Origin: Nemertoderma westbladi
Taxonomy: Eukaryota > Animalia > Xenacoelomorpha
Length of the DNA stretch: 64,000 nucleotides
Reading direction: 5' to 3'
Assembly: GCA_032718475.1 (NCBI GenBank)
Contig: JAUCBJ010006414.1
Location: 45,265-109,264, forward strand
The translations under genes and the position numbers were made by a program. The notes beneath the pieces were generated by a model. That model did no database searches. It was not told where the DNA came from and saw only the letters and a program-made list of their open reading frames with translations. Positions 29,101-42,109 of the stretch are shown here, piece after piece; within the stretch, counting starts at the first letter, position 1; every line of letters begins with the position of its first letter.

Positions 29101-31480
29101 TCAACAAACTTCTCCCGAATACACACTGTCACATAATAATGCAGTTCAACAAACTTCTCCCAAGTACACACTCGACATAATAATGCAGTTCAACAAACTT
29201 CTCCCAAGTACACACTCGACATAATAATGCAGTTCAACAAACTTCTCCCGAATACACACTGTCACATAATAATGCAGTTCAACAAACTTCTCCCAAGTAC
29301 ACACTCGACATAATAATGCAGTTCAACAAACTTCTCCCGAATACACACTGTCACATAATAATGCAGTTCAACAAACTTCTCCCAAGTACACACTCGACAT
29401 AATAATGCAGTTCAACAAACTTCTCCCAAGTACACACTGTCACATAATAATGCAGTTCAACAAACTTCTCCCAAGTACACACTCGACATAATAATGCAGT
29501 TCAACAAACTTCTCCCAAGTACACACTCGACATAATAATGCAGTTCAACAAACTTCTCCCAAATACACACTGTCACATAATAATGCAGTTCAACAAACTT
29601 CTCCCAAGTACACACTGTCACATAATAATGCAGTTCAACAAACTTCTCCCGAATACACACTGTCACATAATAATGCAGTTCAACAAACTTCTCCCAAGTA
29701 CACACTCGACATAATAATGCAGTTCAACAAACTTCTCCCAAGTACACACTCGACATAATAATGCAGTTCAACAAACTTCTCCCGAATACACACTGTCACA
29801 TAATAATGCAGTTCAACAAACTTCTCCCAAGTACACACTCGACATAATAATGCAGTTCAACAAACTTCTCCCGAATACACACTGTCACATAATAATGCAG
29901 TTCAACAAACTTCTCCCAAGTACACACTCGACATAATAATGCAGTTCAACAAACTTCTCCCGAATACACACTGTCACATAATAATGCAGTTCAACAAACT
30001 TCTCCCAAGTACACACTCGACATAATAATGCAGTTCAACAAACTTCTCCCAAGTACACACTCGACATAATAATGCAGTTCAACAAACTTCTCCCGAATAC
30101 ACACTGTCACATAATAATGCAGTTCAACAAACTTCTCCCAAGTACACACTCGACATAATAATGCAGTTCAACAAACTTCTCCCGAATACACACTGTCACA
30201 TAATAATGCAGTTCAACAAACTTCTCCCAAGTACACACTCGACATAATAATGCAGTTCAACAAACTTCTCCCAAGTACACACTCGACATAATAATGCAGT
30301 TCAACAAACTTCTCCCAAATACACACTGTCACATAATAATGCAGTTCAACAAACTTCTCCCAAGTACACACTCGACATAATAATGCAGTTCAACAAACTT
30401 CTCCCAAGTACACACTCGACATAATAATGCAGTTCAACAAACTTCTCCCAAGTACACACTCGACATAATAATGCAGTTCAACAAACTTCTCCCAAATACA
30501 CACTGTCACATAATAATGCAGTTCAACAAACTTCTCCCAAGTACACACTCGACATAATAATGCAGTTCAACAAACTTCTCCCAAGTACACACTCGACATA
30601 ATAATGCAGTTCAACAAACTTCTCCCGAATACACACTGTCACATAATAATGCAGTTCAACAAACTTCTCCCAAGTACACACTCGACATAATAATGCAGTT
30701 CAACAAACTTCTCCCGAATACACACTGTCACATAATAATGCAGTTCAACAAACTTCTCCCAAGTACACACTCGACATAATAATGCAGTTCAACAAACTTC
30801 TCCCAAGTACACACTCGACATAATAATGCAGTTCAACAAACTTCTCCCAAGTACACACTCGACATAATAATGCAGTTCAACAAACTTCTCCCAAGTACAC
30901 ACTCGACATAATAATGCAGTTCAACAAACTTCTCCCAAATACACACTGTCACATAATAATGCAGTTCAACAAACTTCTCCCAAGTACACACTCGACATAA
31001 TAATGCAGTTCAACAAACTTCTCCCAAGTACACACTCGACATAATAATGCAGTTCAACAAACTTCTCCCGAATACACACTGTCACATAATAATGCAGTTC
31101 AACAAACTTCTCCCAAGTACACACTCGACATAATAATGCAGTTCAACAAACTTCTCCCGAATACACACTGTCACATAATAATGCAGTTCAACAAACTTCT
31201 CCCAAGTACACACTCGACATAATAATGCAGTTCAACAAACTTCTCCCAAGTACACACTCGACATAATAATGCAGTTCAACAAACTTCTCCCAAGTACACA
31301 CTCGACATAATAATGCAGTTCAACAAACTTCTCCCGAATACACACTCGACATAATAATGCAGTTCAACAAACTTCTCCCAAGTACACACTCGACATAATA
31401 ATGCAGTTCAACAAACTTCTCCCAAGTACACACTCGACATAATAATGCAGTTCAACAAACTTCTCCCAAGTAAACACTCG
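26100..31480 (+). repeat. Sub-domain rich in 44-bp C/D monomers, grading into A-C-C patterns with a CAAATAC tail marker
   Basis: C/D runs at about 26100-28460; CCCAAATAC tails near 29025, 29560, 30315, 30492 and 30935; 534-bp block duplication (ORFs 28923 vs 29457). Confidence 0.75.
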
Positions 31481-33000
31481 ACATAATAATGCAGTTCAAC
31501 AAACTTCTCCCAAGTACACACTGTCACATAATAATGCAGTTCAACAAACTTCTCCCGAATACACACTGTCACATAATAATGCAGTTCAACAAACTTCTCC
31601 CGAATACACACTGTCACATAATAATGCAGTTCAACAAACTTCTCCCCCACAGTCACATAATAATGCAGTTCAACAAACTACTCCCGAATACACACTCGAC
31701 ATAATAATGCAGTTCAACAAACTTCTCCCAAGTACACACTCGACATAATAATGCAGTTCAACAAACTTCTCCCAAGTACACACTGTCACATAATAATGCA
31801 GTTCAACAAACTTCTCCCGAATACACACTGTCACATAATAATGCAGTTCAACAAACTTCTCCCGAATACACACTGTCACATAATAATGCAGTTCAACAAA
31901 CTTCTCCCCCACAGTCACATAATAATGCAGTTCAACAAACTTCTCCCAAGTACACACTGTCACATAATAATGCAGTTCAACAAACTTCTCCCGAATACAC
32001 ACTGTCACATAATAATGCAGTTCAACAAACTTCTCCCGAATACACACTGTCACATAATAATGCAGTTCAACAAACTTCTCCCCCACAGTCACATAATAAT
32101 GCAGTTCAACAAACTACTCCCGAATACACACTCGACATAATAATGCAGTTCAACAAACTTCTCCCAAGTACACACTCGACATAATAATGCAGTTCAACAA
32201 ACTTCTCCCAAGTACACACTGTCACATAATAATGCAGTTCAACAAACTTCTCCCGAATACACACTGTCACATAATAATGCAGTTCAACAAACTTCTCCCG
32301 AATACACACTGTCACATAATAATGCAGTTCAACAAACTTCTCCCCCACAGTCACATAATAATGCAGTTCAACAAACTACTCCCGAATACACACTCGACAT
32401 AATAATGCAGTTCAACAAACTTCTCCTCCACAGTCACATAATAATGCAGTTCAACAAACTACTCCCGAATACACACTCGACATAATAATGCAGTTCAACA
32501 AACTTCTCCCAAGTACACACTCGACATAATAATGCAGTTCAACAAACTTCTCCCAAATACACACTGTCACATAATAATGCAGTTCAACAAACTTCTCCCG
32601 AATACACACTCGACATAATAATGCAGTTCAACAAACTTCTCCTCCACAGTCACATAATAATGCAGTTCAACAAACTACTCCCGAATACACACTCGACATA
32701 ATAATGCAGTTCAACAAACTTCTCCCAAGTACACACTCGACATAATAATGCGGTTCAACAAACTTCTCCCAAGTACACACTCGACATAATAATGCAGTTC
32801 AACAAACTTCTCCCAAGTACACACTCGACATAATAATGCAGTTCAACAAACTTCTCCCAAGTACACACTGTCACATAATAATGCAGTTCAACAAACTTCT
32901 CCCGAATACACACTGTCACATAATAATGCAGTTCAACAAACTTCTCCCGAATACACACTCGACATAATAATGCAGTTCAACAAACTTCTCCTCCACAGTC
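31480..33000 (+). repeat. Transition sub-domain: B-A-A-F-D*-C unit (262 bp) and CTCCACAGTC tail variants
   Basis: F at 31641, about 31905, 32080 and 32341, mostly followed by a CTACTCC-D monomer; CCTCCACAGTC tails near 32425, 32641 and 32991. Confidence 0.75.
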
Positions 33001-36000
33001 ACATAATAATGCAGTTCAACAAACTTCTCCCGAATACACACTGTCACATAATAATGCAGTTCAACAAACTTCTCCACCACAGTCACATAATAATGCAGTT
33101 CAACAAACTTCTCCCGAATACACACTGTCACATAATAATGCAGTTCAACAAACTTCTCCACCACAGTCACATAATAATGCAGTTCAACAAACTTCTCCCG
33201 AATACACACTGTCACATAATAATGCAGTTCAACAAACTTCTCCCGAATACACACTGTCACATAATAATGCAGTTCAACAAACTTCTCCACCACAGTCACA
33301 TAATAATGCAGTTCAACAAACTTCTCCCGAATACACACTGTCACATAATAATGCAGTTCAACAAACTTCTCCACCACAGTCACATAATAATGCAGTTCAA
33401 CAAACTTCTCCCGAATACACACTGTCACATAATAATGCAGTTCAACAAACTTCTCCACCACAGTCACATAATAATGCAGTTCAACAAACTTCTCCCAAGT
33501 ACACACTGTCACATAATAATGCAGTTCAACAAACTTCTCCACCACAGTCACATAATAATGCAGTTCAACAAACTTCTCCCGAATACACACTGTCACATAA
33601 TAATGCAGTTCAACAAACTTCTCCCAAGTACACACTGTCACATAATAATGCAGTTCAACAAACTTCTCCACCACAGTCACATAATAATGCAGTTCAACAA
33701 ACTACTCCCGAATACACACTGTCACATAATAATGCAGTTCAACAAACTTCTCCCAAGTACACACTGTCACATAATAATGCAGTTCAACAAACTTCTCCAC
33801 CACAGTCACATAATAATGCAGTTCAACAAACTTCTCCCGAATACACACTGTCACATAATAATGCAGTTCAACAAACTTCTCCCGAATACACACTGTCACA
33901 TAATAATGCAGTTCAACAAACTTCTCCCGAATACACACTGTCACATAATAATGCAGTTCAACAAACTTCTCCCAAGTACACACTGTCACATAATAATGCA
34001 GTTCAACAAACTTCTCCACCACAGTCACATAATAATGCAGTTCAACAAACTTCTCCCGAATACACACTGTCACATAATAATGCAGTTCAACAAACTTCTC
34101 CACCACAGTCACATAATAATGCAGTTCAACAAACTTCTCCCGAATACACACTGTCACATAATAATGCAGTTCAACAAACTTCTCCCGAATACACACTGTC
34201 ACATAATAATGCAGTTCAACAAACTTCTCCACCACAGTCACATAATAATGCAGTTCAACAAACTTCTCCCGAATACACACTGTCACATAATAATGCAGTT
34301 CAACAAACTTCTCCACCACAGTCACATAATAATGCAGTTCAACAAACTTCTCCCGAATACACACTGTCACATAATAATGCAGTTCAACAAACTTCTCCAC
34401 CACAGTCACATAATAATGCAGTTCAACAAACTTCTCCACCACAGTCACATAATAATGCAGTTCAACAAACTTCTCCCGAATACACACTGTCACATAATAA
34501 TGCAGTTCAACAAACTTCTCCCGAATACACACTGTCACATAATAATGCAGTTCAACAAACTTCTCCCAAGTACACACTGTCACATAATAATGCAGTTCAA
34601 CAAACTTCTCCACCACAGTCACATAATAATGCAGTTCAACAAACTTCTCCCGAATGCACACTGTCACATAATAATGCAGTTCAACAAACTTCTCCCGAAT
34701 ACACACTGTCACATAATAATGCAGTTCAACAAACTTCTCCACCACAGTCACATAATAATGCAGTTCAACAAACTTCTCCCGAATACACACTGTCACATAA
34801 TAATGCAGTTCAACAAACTTCTCCACCACAGTCACATAATAATGCAGTTCAACAAACTTCTCCCAAGTACACACTGTCACATAATAATGCAGTTCAACAA
34901 ACTTCTCCCAAGTACACACTGTCACATAATAATGCAGTTCAACAAACTTCTCCACCACAGTCACATAATAATGCAGTTCAACAAACTTCTCCCGAATACA
35001 CACTGTCACATAATAATGCAGTTCAACAAACTTCTCCCGAATACACACTGTCACATAATAATGCAGTTCAACAAACTTCTCCCAAGTACACACTGTCACA
35101 TAATAATGCAGTTCAACAAACTTCTCCACCACAGTCACATAATAATGCAGTTCAACAAACTTCTCCCGAATACACACTGTCACATAATAATGCAGTTCAA
35201 CAAACTTCTCCACCACAGTCACATAATAATGCAGTTCAACAAACTTCTCCCGAATACACACTGTCACATAATAATGCAGTTCAACAAACTTCTCCCGAAT
35301 ACACACTGTCACATAATAATGCAGTTCAACAAACTTCTCCCAAGTACACACTGTCACATAATAATGCAGTTCAACAAACTTCTCCACCACAGTCACATAA
35401 TAATGCAGTTCAACAAACTTCTCCCGAATACACACTGTCACATAATAATGCAGTTCAACAAACTTCTCCCGAATACACACTGTCACATAATAATGCAGTT
35501 CAACAAACTTCTCCCAAGTACACACTGTCACATAATAATGCAGTTCAACAAACTTCTCCACCACAGTCACATAATAATGCAGTTCAACAAACTTCTCCCG
35601 AATACACACTGTCACATAATAATGCAGTTCAACAAACTTCTCCCGAATACACACTGTCACATAATAATGCAGTTCAACAAACTTCTCCCAAGTACACACT
35701 GTCACATAATAATGCAGTTCAACAAACTTCTCCACCACAGTCACATAATAATGCAGTTCAACAAACTTCTCCCGAATACACACTGTCACATAATAATGCA
35801 GTTCAACAAACTTCTCCACCACAGTCACATAATAATGCAGTTCAACAAACTTCTCCCGAATACACACTGTCACATAATAATGCAGTTCAACAAACTTCTC
35901 CCGAATACACACTGTCACATAATAATGCAGTTCAACAAACTTCTCCACCACAGTCACATAATAATGCAGTTCAACAAACTTCTCCCGAATACACACTGTC

Positions 36001-39000
36001 ACATAATAATGCAGTTCAACAAACTTCTCCACCACAGTCACATAATAATGCAGTTCAACAAACTTCTCCCGAATACACACTGTCACATAATAATGCAGTT
36101 CAACAAACTTCTCCCGAATACACACTGTCACATAATAATGCAGTTCAACAAACTTCTCCCAAGTACACACTGTCACATAATAATGCAGTTCAACAAACTT
36201 CTCCACCACAGTCACATAATAATGCAGTTCAACAAACTTCTCCCGAATACACACTGTCACATAATAATGCAGTTCAACAAACTTCTCCCGAATACACACT
36301 GTCACATAATAATGCAGTTCAACAAACTTCTCCACCACAGTCACATAATAATGCAGTTCAACAAACTTCTCCCGAATACACACTGTCACATAATAATGCA
36401 GTTCAACAAACTTCTCCACCACAGTCACATAATAATGCAGTTCAACAAACTTCTCCCAAGTACACACTGTCACATAATAATGCAGTTCAACAAACTTCTC
36501 CCAAGTACACACTGTCACATAATAATGCAGTTCAACAAACTTCTCCACCACAGTCACATAATAATGCAGTTCAACAAACTTCTCCCGAATACACACTGTC
36601 ACATAATAATGCAGTTCAACAAACTTCTCCACCACAGTCACATAATAATGCAGTTCAACAAACTTCTCCCGAATACACACTGTCACATAATAATGCAGTT
36701 CAACAAACTTCTCCCGAATACACACTGTCACATAATAATGCAGTTCAACAAACTTCTCCACCACAGTCACATAATAATGCAGTTCAACAAACTTCTCCCG
36801 AATACACACTGTCACATAATAATGCAGTTCAACAAACTTCTCCACCACAGTCACATAATAATGCAGTTCAACAAACTTCTCCCGAATACACACTGTCACA
36901 TAATAATGCAGTTCAACAAACTTCTCCCACCACAGTCACATAATAATGCAGTTCAACAAACTTCTCCCACACACAGTCACATAATAATGCAGTTCAACAA
37001 ACTTCTCCCGAATACACACTGTCACATAATAATGCAGTTCAACAAACTTCTCCCGAATACACACTGTCACATAATAATGCAGTTCAACAAACTTCTCCCA
37101 AGTACACACTGTCACATAATAATGCAGTTCAACAAACTTCTCCCACCACAGTCACATAATAATGCAGTTCAACAAACTTCTCCCGAATACACACTGTCAC
37201 ATAATAATGCAGTTCAACAAACTTCTCCCGAATACACACTGTCACATAATAATGCAGTTCAACAAACTTCTCCACCACAGTCACATAATAATGCAGTTCA
37301 ACAAACTTCTCCCGAATACACACTGTCACATAATAATGCAGTTCAACAAACTTCTCCACCACAGTCACATAATAATGCAGTTCAACAAACTTCTCCCAAG
37401 TACACACTGTCACATAATAATGCAGTTCAACAAACTTCTCCCAAGTACACACTGTCACATAATAATGCAGTTCAACAAACTTCTCCCGAATACACACTGT
37501 CACATAATAATGCAGTTCAACAAACTTCTCCCAAGTACACACTGTCACATAATAATGCAGTTCAACAAACTTCTCCCAAGTACACACTGTCACATAATAA
37601 TGCAGTTCAACAAACTTCTCCCGAATACACACTGTCACATAATAATGCAGTTCAACAAACTTCTCCCACCACAGTCACATAATAATGCAGTTCAACAAAC
37701 TTCTCCCAAGTACACACTGTCACATAATAATGTAGTTCACCAAACTTCTCCACCACAGTCACATAATAATGCAGTTCAACAAACTTCTCCACCACAGTCA
37801 CATAATAATGCAGTTCAACAAACTTCTCCCGAATACACACTGTCACATAATAATGCAGTTCAACAAACTTCTCCCAAGTACACACTGTCACATAATAATG
37901 CAGTTCAACAAACTTCTCCCGAATACACACTGTCACATAATAATGCAGTTCAACAAACTTCTCCCGAATACACACTGTCACATAATAATGCAGTTCAACA
38001 AACTTCTCCCAAGTACACACTGTCACATAATAATGCAGTTCAACAAACTTCTCCCGAATACACACTGTCACATAATAATGCAGTTCAACAAACTTCTCCC
38101 AATCCACAGTCACATAATAATGCAGTTCAACAAACTTCTCCCAAGTACACACTGTCACATAATAATGCAGTTCAACAAACTTCTCCACCACAGTCACATA
38201 ATAATGCAGTTCAACAAACTTCTCCACCACAGTCACATAATAATGCAGTTCAACAAACTTCTCCCGAATACACACTGTCACATAATAATGCAGTTCAACA
38301 AACTTCTCCCAAGTACACACTGTCACATAATAATGCAGTTCAACAAACTTCTCCCGAATACACACTGTCACATAATAATGCAGTTCAACAAACTTCTCCC
38401 GAATACACACTGTCACATAATAATGCAGTTCAACAAACTTCTCCCGAATACACACTGTCACATAATAATGCAGTTCAACAAACTTCTCCCAAGTACACAC
38501 TGTCACATAATAATGCAGTTCAACAAACTTCTCCCAAGTACACACTGTCACATAATAATGCAGTTCAACAAACTTCTCCCGAATACACACTGTCACATAA
38601 TAATGCAGTTCAACAAACTTCTCCCACCACAGTCACATAATAATGCAGTTCAACAAACTTCTCCCAAGTACACACTGTCACATAATAATGTAGTTCACCA
38701 AACTTCTCCACCACAGTCACATAATAATGCAGTTCAACAAACTTCTCCACCACAGTCACATAATAATGCAGTTCAACAAACTTCTCCCGAATACACACTG
38801 TCACATAATAATGCAGTTCAACAAACTTCTCCCAAGTACACACTGTCACATAATAATGCAGTTCAACAAACTTCTCCCGAATACACACTGTCACATAATA
38901 ATGCAGTTCAACAAACTTCTCCCGAATACACACTGTCACATAATAATGCAGTTCAACAAACTTCTCCCAAGTACACACTGTCACATAATAATGCAGTTCA

Positions 39001-40157
39001 ACAAACTTCTCCCGAATACACACTGTCACATAATAATGCAGTTCAACAAACTTCTCCACCACAGTCACATAATAATGCAGTTCAACAAACTTCTCCCAAG
39101 TACACACTGTCACATAATAATGTAGTTCACCAAACTTCTCCACCACAGTCACATAATAATGCAGTTCAACAAACTTCTCCACCACAGTCACATAATAATG
39201 CAGTTCAACAAACTTCTCCCGAATACACACTGTCACATAATAATGCAGTTCAACAAACTTCTCCCAAGTACACACTGTCACATAATAATGCAGTTCAACA
39301 AACTTCTCCCGAATACACACTGTCACATAATAATGCAGTTCAACAAACTTCTCCCGAATACACACTGTCACATAATAATGCAGTTCAACAAACTTCTCCC
39401 GAATACACACTGTCACATAATAATGCAGTTCAACAAACTTCTCCCGAATACACACTGTCACATAATAATGCAGTTCAACAAACTTCTCCCAAGTACACAC
39501 TGTCACATAATAATGCAGTTCAACAAACTTCTCCCAAGTACACACTGTCACATAATAATGCAGTTCAACAAACTTCTCCCGAATACACACTGTCACATAA
39601 TAATGCAGTTCAACAAACTTCTCCCAAGTACACACTGTCACATAATAATGCAGTTCAACAAACTTCTCCCGAATACACACTGTCACATAATAATGCAGTT
39701 CAACAAACTTCTCCCGAATACACACTGTCACATAATAATGCAGTTCAACAAACTTCTCCCAAGTACACACTGTCACATAATAATGCAGTTCAACAAACTT
39801 CTCCCAAGTACACACTGTCACATAATAATGCAGTTCAACAAACTTCTCCCAAGTACACACTGTCACATAATAATGCAGTTCAACAAACTTCTCCCAAGTA
39901 CACACTGTCACATAATAATGTAGTTCACCAAACTTCTCCACCACAGTCACATAATAATGCAGTTCAACAAACTTCTCCACCACAGTCACATAATAATGCA
40001 GTTCAACAAACTACTCCCAAGTACACACTGTCACATAATAATGCAGTTCAACAAACTTCTCCCGAATACACACTGTCACATAATAATGTAGTTCACCAAA
40101 CTTCTCCACCACAGTCACATAATAATGCAGTTCAACAAACTTCTCCCAAGTACACAC
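32963..40157 (+). repeat. 7.2-kb sub-domain of A/B/E monomers with no 44-bp (TCGA-containing) monomer
   Basis: TCGA at 32959 and next at 40158; this is the source of the 1570- and 1065-aa repetitive ORFs. Confidence 0.85.
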
Positions 40158-42109
40158 TCGACATAATAATGCAGTTCAACAAACTTCTCCCAAGTACACA
40201 CTGTCACATAATAATGCAGTTCAACAAACTTCTCCCGAATACACACTGTCACATAATAATGCAGTTCAACAAACTTCTCCCAAGTACACACTGTCACATA
40301 ATAATGCAGTTCAACAAACTTCTCCCGAATACACACTGTCACATAATAATGCAGTTCAACAAACTTCTCCCGAATACACACTGTCACATAATAATGCAGT
40401 TCAACAAACTTCTCCCAAGTACACACTCGACATAATAATGCAGTTCAACAAACTTCTCCCAAGTACACACTGTCACATAATAATGCAGTTCAACAAACTT
40501 CTCCCGAATACACACTGTCACATAATAATGCAGTTCAACAAACTTCTCCCAAGTACACACTCGACATAATAATGCAGTTCAACAAACTTCTCCACCACAG
40601 TCACATAATAATGCAGTTCAACAAACTTCTCCCGAATACACACTGTCACATAATAATGCAGTTCAACAAACTTCTCCCAAGTACACACTGTCACATAATA
40701 ATGCAGTTCAACAAACTTCTCCCGAATACACACTGTCACATAATAATGCAGTTCAACAAACTTCTCCCGAATACACACTGTCACATAATAATGCAGTTCA
40801 ACAAACTTCTCCCAAGTACACACTGTCACATAATAATGCAGTTCAACAAACTTCTCCCAAGTACACACTGTCACATAATAATGCAGTTCAACAAACTTCT
40901 CCCAAGTACACACTGTCACATAATAATGCAGTTCAACAAACTTCTCCCAAGTACACACTGTCACATAATAATGTAGTTCACCAAACTTCTCCACCACAGT
41001 CACATAATAATGCAGTTCAACAAACTTCTCCACCACAGTCACATAATAATGCAGTTCAACAAACTACTCCCAAGTACACACTGTCACATAATAATGCAGT
41101 TCAACAAACTTCTCCCGAATACACACTGTCACATAATAATGTAGTTCACCAAACTTCTCCACCACAGTCACATAATAATGCAGTTCAACAAACTTCTCCC
41201 AAGTACACACTCGACATAATAATGCAGTTCAACAAACTTCTCCCGAATACACACTGTCACATAATAATGCAGTTCAACAAACTTCTCCCAAGTACACACT
41301 GTCACATAATAATGCAGTTCAACAAACTTCTCCCGAGTACACACTCGACATAATAATGTAGTTCACCAAACTTCTCCACCACAGTCACATAATAATGCAG
41401 TTCAACAAACTTCTCCACCACAGTCACATAATAATGCAGTTCAACAAACTACTCCCAAGTACACACTGTCACATAATAATGCAGTTCAACAAACTTCTCC
41501 CGAATACACACTGTCACATAATAATGTAGTTCACCAAACTTCTCCACCACAGTCACATAATAATGCAGTTCAACAAACTTCTCCCAAGTACACACTCGAC
41601 ATAATAATGCAGTTCAACAAACTTCTCCCGAATACACACTGTCACATAATAATGCAGTTCAACAAACTTCTCCCAAGTACACACTGTCACATAATAATGC
41701 AGTTCAACAAACTTCTCCCGAGTACACACTCGACATAATAATGCAGTTCAACAAACTTCTCCCGAATACACACTGTCACATAATAATGCAGTTCAACAAA
41801 CTTCTCCCAAGTACACACTCGACATAATAATGCAGTTCAACAAACTTCTCCCAAGTACACACTGTCACATAATAATGCAGTTCAACAAACTTCTCCCAAG
41901 TACACACTGTCACATAATAATGCAGTTCAACAAACTTCTCCCAAGTACACACTGTCACATAATAATGCAGTTCAACAAACTTCTCCCAAGTACACACTCG
42001 ACATAATAATGCAGTTCAACAAACTTCTCCCAAATACACACTGTCACATAATAATGCAGTTCAACAAACTTCTCCCGAATACACACTGTCACATAATAAT
42101 GCAGTTCAA

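Noticed and set aside
32970-37682. 1570-aa ORF on + and overlapping 1065-aa ORF on -
   Set aside because: Pure translation of the repeat, open on both strands at once, with no unique N- or C-terminal domain. It ends wherever a monomer of non-triplet length occurs.
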